64,000 nt of DNA. Source: Cyanophyceae cyanobacterium (GTDB lineage: Bacteria; Cyanobacteriota; Cyanobacteriia; Cyanobacteriales; Laspinemataceae). The notes under the pieces are model-generated. The model was given only the letters and a program-made list of their open reading frames with translations. It was not told the DNA's origin and did no database searches. How positions within the stretch are numbered: the stretch's first letter is position 1; each line of letters opens with the position of its first letter. The stretch lies in contig JBBQFN010000021.1 in NCBI GenBank assembly GCA_038321985.1, positions 26,875 through 90,874 on the forward strand. Direction: 5' to 3'. Shown here piece by piece: positions 10,038 through 18,900 of this stretch. The position numbers and the translations under genes are program-made.

Positions 10038-10550
10038 TCAGGTGCTATTTCGAGCCGCCCGAATTAAAACCCAGCCAATAACCAACAGCAGCGCCCCCAC
10101 TCCTAAAAAACCCAGGTCCCAAAGAAGTTGGTGAGGTCCTGGTTTCAAGTGATGGATGCCGAGAATGTGGTGGTCGATAACGCCTTCAACTAGGTTAAAC
10201 AACCCCGCCCCCATTAGCAAAGCCCCAAAAAATGCTTGACCCGAGTTAGGAACGTTTGCTTGCATTTGAGCCCGCCACAGCAGAAAGATTCCAACCAGAG
10301 TAAACAGCCAATCAGCTAGGTGGAAAAGGCCATCCCCTAAAGTATTAATCTCCATCCCGGCAACGGTCATATCAGTTGTGAGACTGGAGAACATATGATG
10401 CCATTGCAAGAGTTGATGGAAGATAATACCATCAAAAAAGCCTCCTTGTCCAAGCCCTAACACCAAACCTGCAATGATGAGTGGACCATAGTCGAATTGA
10501 GTGGCGATCGCCGGATTGATTAAACTAGAGGATTCATCGTTGTTTTTCAT
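10038..10550 (-). CDS. DUF2243 family membrane protein
   Basis: GFFDGIIFHQLLQWHHM, DGLFH and EGVIDHHILGIHH His-rich TM motifs. Confidence 0.85.
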   Translation of the reverse strand: MKNNDESSSLINPAIATQFDYGPLIIAGLVLGLGQGGFFDGIIFHQLLQWHHMFSSLTTDMTVAGMEINTLGDGLFHLADWLFTLVGIFLLWRAQMQANVPNSGQAFFGALLMGAGLFNLVEGVIDHHILGIHHLKPGPHQLLWDLGFLGVGALLLVIGWVLIRAARNST

Positions 10551-10882
10551 AAAGCGGCTGGTTTTCCTTTCATTATAAGATGGGCTAAACGGGCAAGACC
10601 CCCAGAAAATAGCCTTCTGAGAAACACCACCCCCGGAGACAACTATTAAACATACCTAGAAAGCCGCCTTTGCGACTGAGTTTAACTGTTTTCTGAGGGT
10701 ATTGTAGGACTAGATAGCCCGCCGAACCCACAAAAAACGGGGTATTGAGGGTGATTCTATACCATAATTCGGTGGGGCGATCGCAGATGAAAACTGATCC
10801 CAGGGTGGCGATCGCACTATTCTTGGAGCAAATTGGCCCAACTGTATTGGATAATCAAGATGCAGTCTCAATCACACCTTTG

Positions 10883-11398
10883 ATGACGATGTACGACGGC
10901 ACCTACTATTCACTGATGGCTGAGTACAATTGCTGGATGAATCAGAAGATTTATCACGTTTGTGCGTCCATTCCAGACGAACAACGTAAACAAAATATGG
11001 GGGCTTTTTTCAAGTCGATTCATGGGACCCTCAATCACCTGCTTTACGGGGATAAAGCCTGGATGGGACGATTTACGAATCAGCCGTTTTCCGGGACATC
11101 GCTCTCACAGGAGTTGTATGTGGATTTTGAGGAGTTGAGAGCACAACGGGAAAAAACAGACCAGCAAATTTTAGAATGGTCAAAAGATCTTGACCCTGAC
11201 TGGTTAAGCCAACCGTTTGCATACACCAGTCATTCCGACGGAAAACAGCGCGTGATGCCTGGTTGGATTTTGGTGACTCATCTGTTCAACCATCAGACTC
11301 ATCACCGAGGGCAGGTAACGACGCTGATTAAACAACTGGGCTATGAACCCGGGGTCACCGATATTCCTTGGATGCCTGAGGTGAATGAGTTGGGCTAG
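10883..11398 (+). CDS. DinB family protein
   Basis: YNCWMN, FFKSIHGTLNH, HLFNHQTHHRGQ; start placed at the ATG matching family length. Confidence 0.88.
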   Translation: MTMYDGTYYSLMAEYNCWMNQKIYHVCASIPDEQRKQNMGAFFKSIHGTLNHLLYGDKAWMGRFTNQPFSGTSLSQELYVDFEELRAQREKTDQQILEWSKDLDPDWLSQPFAYTSHSDGKQRVMPGWILVTHLFNHQTHHRGQVTTLIKQLGYEPGVTDIPWMPEVNELG

Positions 11399-11613
11399 GG
11401 ACGGTTTCTGATGGTGGCGATCGCTTGTAGAAAACTGTCATGGGGCGAGCGCAACTAACGCGATCGCTACGGGTTTTAAGCCCTTTTATCTATCTTTAAT
11501 CAAGCCCCAGGCTTTGACATTCATCCCTAAAAATCCTATGATGTACCTGCCTTATCCACAAAATGCCCAGCATATCTCATTAAACTTAATTGTTCTCCCG
11601 TTAACTAAATAAC

Positions 11614-12474
11614 ATGAAGCCAGTTGTTAAATTTACCAGCATATTTTTAGTCGCATTCATGGCGATAACATTAGCTTTCCTTCATCCTTCATTATCAACG
11701 ATGCTCCCGCCCGATATAGAGCCTACTCCGCCACAAATTGCTCAAAATACCAAATTTCTGAGACATTTTCAAGATTTGGGAGTTGAAGGTTCAATCATAA
11801 TTTATGACTTAAAAAATAATCAGCTATTTGAACATAACCCGCAACGAAATAGAACCGCTTTCCCAACTGCTTCGACGTTTAAAATTCTCAATTCTTTAAT
11901 TTCCTTAGAAACAGGGGTGATTTCCGATGAACTTGCTATTTTAACTTGGGACGGAATAGAAAGAAGCCTTCCACAATGGAATAGAGACTTAAATTTGAGA
12001 GAAGCCTTTAAACTTTCTGCCGTGTGGTTTTATCAGGTTTTAGCCCGCCGCGTAGGATATGACCGAATGCAGGAAATGGTAATTCAATCCGGCTATGGCA
12101 ATCAAAAAATTGGTCAAAAAGAGGATATCGATAAATTTTGGCTGAATGGAGAGCTAACTATTACACCTCAAGAAACTATCAATTTTTTACGTCGCCTTTA
12201 TCAGAACGACTTGCCTTTTTCTGAACGGTCACTTTCTATCGTGAAAGATATTATGATTAACGAAAAAACTCCAGAATATACAATCCGGGCTAAAACAGGT
12301 TGGTTTGGGTATGGACAGGACACTATCCCCAATATTGGATGGTATGTGGGCTATTTAGAAAAAGAAGAAAATACTTACTTTTTCGCCTCAAATATCGATA
12401 TCCTTAAGCCAGAAGATGGATCAGCTCGATTAGAATTAGTCCGTCGCTGCTTTCAAGATTTAGGAGTGTTATAA
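11614..12474 (+). CDS. class D (OXA-type) beta-lactamase family protein with signal peptide
   Basis: STFK, SAV, YGN and KTG motifs; hydrophobic N-terminus. Confidence 0.9.
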   Translation: MKPVVKFTSIFLVAFMAITLAFLHPSLSTMLPPDIEPTPPQIAQNTKFLRHFQDLGVEGSIIIYDLKNNQLFEHNPQRNRTAFPTASTFKILNSLISLETGVISDELAILTWDGIERSLPQWNRDLNLREAFKLSAVWFYQVLARRVGYDRMQEMVIQSGYGNQKIGQKEDIDKFWLNGELTITPQETINFLRRLYQNDLPFSERSLSIVKDIMINEKTPEYTIRAKTGWFGYGQDTIPNIGWYVGYLEKEENTYFFASNIDILKPEDGSARLELVRRCFQDLGVL

Positions 12475-12566
12475 ACTGAATCGGTTATAGGCGGCTGCAA
12501 TACTATCAGAAATTTATTCTCTGAAGTGAAAATTTGTGTAACCTGTGTCCCCTCCACCAATCAAAA

Positions 12567-12623
12567 GAGGGTAGGCAACCGCTCTCCCTCCTATTATCTC
12601 CTAGCTACCACCAATCCGGGCAA
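12567..12623 (-). repeat. displaced duplicate of the gltB 3' end and its downstream hairpin (att-like direct repeat)
   Basis: 50 of 55 positions identical to 15928-15982 (5 substitutions, one 2-nt indel); encodes ARIGGS-stop on the minus strand. Confidence 0.9.
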
Positions 12624-12690
12624 TATACCCAGGCTCTGTCTCTTCATCCTATTAACTAATCCAGTAATATCCGGTTACAATTTCTTTTCT

Positions 12691-12719
12691 TGGGAATGCA
12701 AAATGGGAGGCTCTGCCTC
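12691..12719. repeat. REP-like repeat TGGGAATGC...GAGGCTCTGCCTC (left arm)
   Basis: Reverse complement matches 13875-13903 at 22/29; internal GAGGC-TCT-GCCTC hairpin. Confidence 0.6.
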
Positions 12720-12770
12720 CTAATAAACTACTCCCAATCACCAAATCATACCATCAATTTTAACCATTAA

Positions 12771-13769
12771 TCAATAATAATTTTCCCAAGTTGTTCCCTT
12801 TAATTTATGAGCTAAATCCTCGGCATCCCTGACATTTAATTGGCTAATATCAAAGTATTGTTTACTACTTTGCATCCCCCCGGGACTCGCTTTAACAAAA
12901 TCAGTGGGATGTAAATCGGCCAGAATAAACACTCGTGCCGGATACCAGGAGTTATCGATTTTACTGCGGCGACTTCTTGCCGTTTCCACTAACTCTAAAT
13001 CAGGTTTATCGATATTTTTCCATTTAATCGAAAAAGTCTCTTCAGACTCTAAATCCACAACCGCCTCAATCTTGGCAATTTGCTCAACTCGCTTGTTGCG
13101 GTACATCCCAAAGTAAAGACTACGGCGATGATTGTAACTCCCATCCGTTGCGGGACAGACGTAAATTTGATGCTGGAGGTTATCATCGAAAGAGACGCGA
13201 CAATTTACGACATCCAGATGGTATTTCCAAGAAGGGAGTAAATTTTCTTCATTCATATACTCTTCTAAGTTAGCGATCGTATCCACCAGATTTTTCGGCA
13301 AATAGCTGAGTTTCAACGCTTGCAGAAATTGCTCAAAGCTAACTGGTGCAAAGGTGACTCCCATTTCTTTTGCAAGGCGATCGATATCTTGGAACGCTTC
13401 CGGGTTGGGTTCTTCCCATTCAAAGTTACCCAAAGCCATCAATACCTTAATTCCCGCCTCTTCTTTCATTGCCTCAAGATGGCGGCTTAATTGCTCTAAA
13501 TTAAACCGATTATCCCGTTTCGTTTCGATAACAATGGAGAAAGCATCCTGACTAATTTTACCATCCGGTACGCTTTTTTTACCTCGGTTTTGTTGGCTAA
13601 ACTTGACCCCAACTACTCCTGATAAGCGCTCCCCTAATAATGTACTCAAGACTTCTGATAAAAATTTAGGATTTTCTTCGTAAAGCAGTTTGAGAATGAG
13701 TAAGCAGTAGTTTGTCGTCTGATTTTCTCTTTGAACATAATTAGAAAACAGCCGGATATTTTTGCTCAT
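12771..13769 (-). CDS. PD-(D/E)XK nuclease superfamily protein with an extra C-terminal domain
   Basis: EN near the N-terminus, then SVPDGKI...IVIETK and QLSRH, a PD-x-ExK pattern. Confidence 0.7.
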   Translation of the reverse strand: MSKNIRLFSNYVQRENQTTNYCLLILKLLYEENPKFLSEVLSTLLGERLSGVVGVKFSQQNRGKKSVPDGKISQDAFSIVIETKRDNRFNLEQLSRHLEAMKEEAGIKVLMALGNFEWEEPNPEAFQDIDRLAKEMGVTFAPVSFEQFLQALKLSYLPKNLVDTIANLEEYMNEENLLPSWKYHLDVVNCRVSFDDNLQHQIYVCPATDGSYNHRRSLYFGMYRNKRVEQIAKIEAVVDLESEETFSIKWKNIDKPDLELVETARSRRSKIDNSWYPARVFILADLHPTDFVKASPGGMQSSKQYFDISQLNVRDAEDLAHKLKGTTWENYY

Positions 13770-13874
13770 TTCAGGGATTTTAATCTCAGTTTTTGCCGGT
13801 TTATAGTTATAAATTGTAGCAGTTACTCTGCCAATTATCGGCTTTTTATAAAAAATAATTCTGGAGGAAAAAAT

Positions 13875-13903
13875 GAGGCAGAGTGTCTAGTTTGCCATTC
13901 CCA
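13875..13903. repeat. REP-like repeat, right arm (inverted relative to 12691-12719)
   Basis: GAGGCAGAGTGTCTAGTTTGCCATTCCCA. Confidence 0.55.
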
Positions 13904-13960
13904 CAGCCGATTTTAGGAACGAGTTAAATTTTGAAAAATGGCCGATCGCAGACCATCTTT

Positions 13961-14488
13961 TTAAGGCGATCGCCCAGTCGTTGATGCCGCCATACTCTGC
14001 ACCGAATCTGACGGTTTAAAATAACCCCTCATTGGATGAAGGGTCAAACTCTCCCCTTCCAGCATTTGAATCACCAGATTTTCCCCATCAACCGTCATCC
14101 CAATTCCCTGATCCGGTAAATCGTCACTGAATCGAATAGAACCCCCGGGATTAAACAGCAGCACTTTCTCTTGAGTCAGAACCGCTATTACATCAGCGAT
14201 CGCCACCATTTGAACCAGATAATCAGTAAACCCTAAAGCAACAATAATCCGACCCTCATCGAGACTAATTGCAGCTAACTGTTGATCAACCCCAATCCAG
14301 ACAGTCCGGCAGTCGGGCGATCGCACAATAATAGGTTCAAGGAGATCGCTTCTCCAACTCAATGCATAGCATCCCAACGGAACCCCCAAGTCAATCGCGG
14401 CAAACTTTTGAGCGCAATCATGGGAAATAACTCGCCGACATCGGTCAATTTTATAAAAATCTAATTCAGTAATGGCTGAGATTTGCAT
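13961..14488 (-). CDS. hypothetical protein, beta-rich
   Basis: 175-aa ATG ORF collinear with its neighbours; no recognised motif. Confidence 0.6.
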   Translation of the reverse strand: MQISAITELDFYKIDRCRRVISHDCAQKFAAIDLGVPLGCYALSWRSDLLEPIIVRSPDCRTVWIGVDQQLAAISLDEGRIIVALGFTDYLVQMVAIADVIAVLTQEKVLLFNPGGSIRFSDDLPDQGIGMTVDGENLVIQMLEGESLTLHPMRGYFKPSDSVQSMAASTTGRSP

Positions 14489-14574
14489 AAGCTGTTCGGC
14501 ATTTAAAGGCGAAAAATATGCGACACTCCAAGAGTTGGATAATTTTCTACTTCATGAAAGAACTTTTATCAGCA

Positions 14575-14907
14575 TCATGTCCAAGCAAACTCTGTATGCT
14601 GACGCATTTTAGGTTCTTGGAACGCCAATACAATATCTTGCTTAGGGACTCCGGAACGAATTAATTCATTAGCAATTCCCTCTTCAGTCCAGTCCTCTTC
14701 AATCCAAAATTTACCGTCGCGAATCCTAACATAAACCGTCATTTCATTAATGCGATCACCTTTTTCCCAGCCCAGATTCATCCAGATATAATGATGCTTG
14801 ACCTGATCTACAATTAAAAAACTATCAAAATTGGGATTGGGACGGCGATTGCACAACTCAATATGCTCGTTTAAAATCCCCTCAATTAATTGGGGATATT
14901 CACTCAT
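14575..14907 (-). CDS. xisI: XisI family protein (no xisH partner)
   Basis: HYIWMNLGW...VRIRDGKFWIEEDWTEEGIANELIRSGVPKQDIVLAF. Confidence 0.88.
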   Translation of the reverse strand: MSEYPQLIEGILNEHIELCNRRPNPNFDSFLIVDQVKHHYIWMNLGWEKGDRINEMTVYVRIRDGKFWIEEDWTEEGIANELIRSGVPKQDIVLAFQEPKMRQHTEFAWT

Positions 14908-15039
14908 TCTATTAAAATCCCTCAATTCATCCCCTCCGTGAAAATCTGTGTAATCCGTGGTTCATCCCTCCCCAAATCAGAGGAATTCTGGATGAAACAG
15001 AACCTCCCCGTAGTTATCCGGTACATCAGAAAGTGGAGT

Positions 15040-15273
15040 CTATGAACTAATACTAAACTCATAAACCGGAGTTTCTATAACTCGCTTAGGTTTTTCTTGT
15101 CCCCCAATCAGTTTCTGAATTCGCTCTCCTGTCTCCGGAGAAAAGAACGATTCCCCCGTTTCTTCACAAACTCGGGCGGGGACATTTTCAATCATAAAAA
15201 ATTTGCCATTCACTTCTAAAGTGTAAGTTACCCTTTTTTCTATCAATATTTCTTGGGTAAAATTATCAGCCAT
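15040..15273 (-). CDS. YgiT-type zinc-finger (MqsA-like) protein
   Basis: VTYTLEVNGKFFMIENVPARVCEETGESFFSPET...IETPVYEF. Confidence 0.85.
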   Translation of the reverse strand: MADNFTQEILIEKRVTYTLEVNGKFFMIENVPARVCEETGESFFSPETGERIQKLIGGQEKPKRVIETPVYEFSISS

Positions 15274-15275
15274 GA

Positions 15276-15356
15276 TTAAGGGTTCTTTGTTTAAAAATTA
15301 ATCCATAGATTTATATGGGGTTCATAGAGCGTAACGATAAAATCAGGTAATTTAGT
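15276..15356 (-). pseudogene. C-terminal relic of a DUF4258 (putative toxin) gene
   Basis: Minus frame reads FIVTLYEPHINLWINF*TKNP* and ends just before the YgiT start; no start codon or N-terminus. Confidence 0.65.
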
Positions 15357-15896
15357 TCACATTTCAAACTCATCCTCATCTTCCTCCTCTTCAGCTTCAT
15401 AACCGGGGTGAAGGTTCATGAAATTGCGAACAAGACGAAGACCTAACTGGTCATCGTTTATACCAAATTTTTCTGCTAGTCTGGCAAATGTATCTCGTTC
15501 TTCTACGCTACTAAAATTGATAAATAATGTTTTAGGACGAGAATCGGAAGAAGAGACTAGCCAAATCTGAGTCAGATTATAATCACCTTTAGTTGTAGGC
15601 GAAAGTTGGGCTATAAATTCTGCTTTGCAGTAGCGAAAAGAGCGATGCTCTTGCGATGAATCAATATATGGATTGTATTTGTCATCCAATCGGCGAGATG
15701 CCTCTTCATAGGTACATCCTAAACCTTTCGTAACTTTTGCTTTAACGTCGTGTTGTAGCCAAACCTTATCAAATAAGCTAATCAAATCTTCGTTACTCAT
15801 TTTTCGCCGCGTATCATAGTCTACAGAAAATAGTTTATTCACCCCCCACAATCTGGTTATCCGAATTTTAGCGTCATCTTGGACTGAAATTACCAT
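15357..15896 (-). CDS. hypothetical protein, possible C-terminal ribbon-helix-helix and acidic tail
   Basis: 179-aa ATG ORF; LFINFSSVEERDTFARLAEKFGINDDQLGLRLVRNFM pattern. Confidence 0.65.
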   Translation of the reverse strand: MVISVQDDAKIRITRLWGVNKLFSVDYDTRRKMSNEDLISLFDKVWLQHDVKAKVTKGLGCTYEEASRRLDDKYNPYIDSSQEHRSFRYCKAEFIAQLSPTTKGDYNLTQIWLVSSSDSRPKTLFINFSSVEERDTFARLAEKFGINDDQLGLRLVRNFMNLHPGYEAEEEEDEDEFEM

Positions 15897-15925
15897 AAAC
15901 TACTTCCAACTTAACAACAAATAGT

Positions 15926-15950
15926 AGGAGGGCAGGCAACTGCCCTCCCC
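15926..15950 (-). terminator. hairpin directly after the gltB stop
   Basis: GGAGGGCAG-GCAA-CTGCCCTCC. Confidence 0.6.
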
Positions 15951-15959
15951 TATTATCTC

Positions 15960-18900
15960 CTAACTACCCCCAATCCGGGCAACATCTCGGGCATTCTGTT
16001 CAAACGCTGCATCCAAGGCATCATCGCCGCTTAAACCGGACGCTAATGCACTTTCCAACGCTTGTAACACCCGCTTGTAATCCCGTGGCATCACCTTCAC
16101 AAACTTGGGAACCATCTCCTCCCAGTTTGCTAACACTTCTGCCGCTTTGGGACTGTTGGTATAATCCGCGTGTTTCTGGATCATCTCGCGGACGATCGCA
16201 ATTTCACTGGGTTCTTCCAACTTCTCCATATCCGCCATCTGCGTATTACACCGGGTGGCGAAATCTCCCACTTCGTCTAGGATGTAGGCAACTCCGCCAC
16301 TCATCCCGGCAGCAAAGTTCCGTCCGGCAGGTCCGATGACGACGACTTTACCGCCAGTCATATACTCACATCCGTGGTCCCCGACGCCTTCGACAACCGC
16401 ATGAACTCCCGAGTTGCGGACAGCGAACCGTTCCCCGGCAATCCCCGACAGATATAGTTCCCCACTGGTTGCACCATAAAGGGTGACGTTCCCAGCAATG
16501 ATGTTCTCATGGGGGACTAAGGTCGATTTCTTGGACGGATAAACGATAATCTTGCCGCCACTGAGTCCTTTGCCGATGTAATCGTTGCCGTCTCCTTCCA
16601 GTTCAAGGGTGACTCCTTTGGGTACAAAGGCCCCAAAACTTTGTCCCGCACTTCCTTGGAAATGCAGGTGAATCGTGCCATCTGGCAATCCATCCCAATG
16701 TTTCTTGGTGATTTCGTTGCCGAGGATAGTACCGACGACGCGGTTAATGTTGGTAATCGGCAGGATTGCTTTGACTTTTTCGCCGTTGTCGATCGCACCT
16801 TTGCACAGATCCAACAACACTGTCATATCCAAGGACTTTTCTAATCCGTGGTCCTGGGGAATTTGGCAATACCGACCCACTTCCGGACCCACTTCCGGTT
16901 GATACAGAATCTTGGAAAGGTCAATTCCTTTCGCTTTCCAATGGTCCACTGCCTTCTTCGGTTCCAGCAAGTCTGTCCGTCCCACCATTTCAGTGAGAGT
17001 GCGGAACCCAAGCTGGGCCATGATTTCCCGCAGTTCTTGGGCGATAAATTTCATGAAGTTGGCCGCATATTCGGGGTCTCCCATGAATTTGGCCCGCAGT
17101 TGCGGATCTTGGGTAGCAATTCCCACGGGACAGGTGTTTTTATGACAGACGCGCATCATAATACAGCCCAAAGTGACCAAAGGTGCGGTGGAAAATCCGT
17201 ATTCTTCGGCACCGAGTAAGGCAGCGATCGCCACGTCCCGTCCTGTCTTCATTTGTCCATCGGTTTCCACCACAATCCGACTCCGCAGATTGTTTAAAAC
17301 CAGGGTTTGATGGGTTTCCGCCAATCCTAACTCCCAGGGTAAACCGGCGTGTTTAATCGAGGTTTGCGGCGATGCACCCGTTCCGCCATCAAATCCGGAG
17401 ACGAGGACTACATCGGCGTGTGCCTTAGCAACCCCAGCAGCGATGGTTCCCACACCGACTTCTGAAACTAACTTAACGTTAATTCGGGCGTTGCGGTTGG
17501 CATTTTTCAGGTCATGAATCAACTCTGCCAAGTCTTCGATGGAGTAGATATCATGGTGAGGCGGGGGAGAAATCAACCCGACTCCGGGGGTGGAGTGGCG
17601 CACTTTGGCAATCCAGGGATAGACTTTCAATCCAGGTAATTGTCCCCCTTCTCCGGGTTTAGCACCTTGTGCCATTTTAATTTGAAGTTCCTTCGCCTGT
17701 GAGAGATACAAGCTAGTCACGCCAAACCGTCCGGAAGCAACCTGCTTGATTGCACTATTTTTGGAGTCGCCCTGTTCGTTGGTCCAAGTATAACGCTCGG
17801 GGTCTTCACCACCTTCTCCGGTGTTGGATTTGCCACCGACTCGGTTCATGGCGATCGCCAAGGATTCGTGCGCCTCTTTAGAAATCGAACCATAGCTCAT
17901 CGCGCCGGTTTTGAACCGTTTCATGATGCTTTCAATCGGTTCTACTTCTTCTAAGGGAATCGGTTCCTGTACCTTAAACTCCAGCAATCCGCGCAAGGTG
18001 AAGAACTTCTGATTTTGTTCATTCACTTTGGCGGCATACTTTTTATAAAGTTCGTAATTGCCCTCACGGGTTGCTTGTTGCAAGGCGTGAATGATTTCCG
18101 GACTCAATAAGTGAGCTTCCCCGCCTTTGCGCCATTGATATTCACCACCAACATCTAAAGTGTGACCATTGGCATCGCGATCGGGGAAGGCGTGAGAATG
18201 ACGCATGATAGTTTCATGGGCGATCGCCTCTAAATCCACCCCTTCAATTCGGGAAGCAGTCCAGGTAAAATACCGACTAATCACCGACTGATTCAACCCG
18301 ATCGCCTCAAAAATCTGTGCGCCGCGATAGCTTTGAATCGTCGAAATCCCAATCTTCGAGGCAATTTTCACCACCCCTTTGGTCACCGCTTTGATGTAAT
18401 TCTTGACAGCGGTTTTATACTCCACATTCACGAGTAATTTCTCGCGAATCATATCATCAATGGTTTCAAAGGCGAGATAGGGATTAATCGCCCCACAACC
18501 ATATCCAATCAAGGCGGCGAAATGATGCACTTCCCGAGGTTCGCCAGATTCTAGCACTAATCCCACCTGGGTGCGAGTGCCTTCGCGAATCAGATGGTGA
18601 TGCAGTCCAGCAACCGCCAATAATGCCGGAATCCCTGCCTTTTCTCGGTTCGTCCCGCGATCGCTGAGGATGAGGATATTTGTACCGGAGGCGATCGCCT
18701 GAGTTGCCTGAGCAAAAATCGCTTCCAGGGCCGCTTCCAATCCCTTTACCCCGGTAGTCGGGTCAAATAACATCGGGATGGTTGTGGATTTAAACGCCCC
18801 TTCATTCACTGCCTTGAGTTTTGCCAAGTCTTCATCGGTGAGAACCGGGGTTTTTAACTCAATTAAATTGCAGCTTTTTGCAGTCGGTTTAAGGAGATTT

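Larger units (their letters stand above)
12624..15927. mobile_element. putative integrated islet bounded by gltB 3'-end direct repeats; no integrase inside
   Basis: Flanking direct repeats, AT-rich accessory genes and gene relics. Confidence 0.55.
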
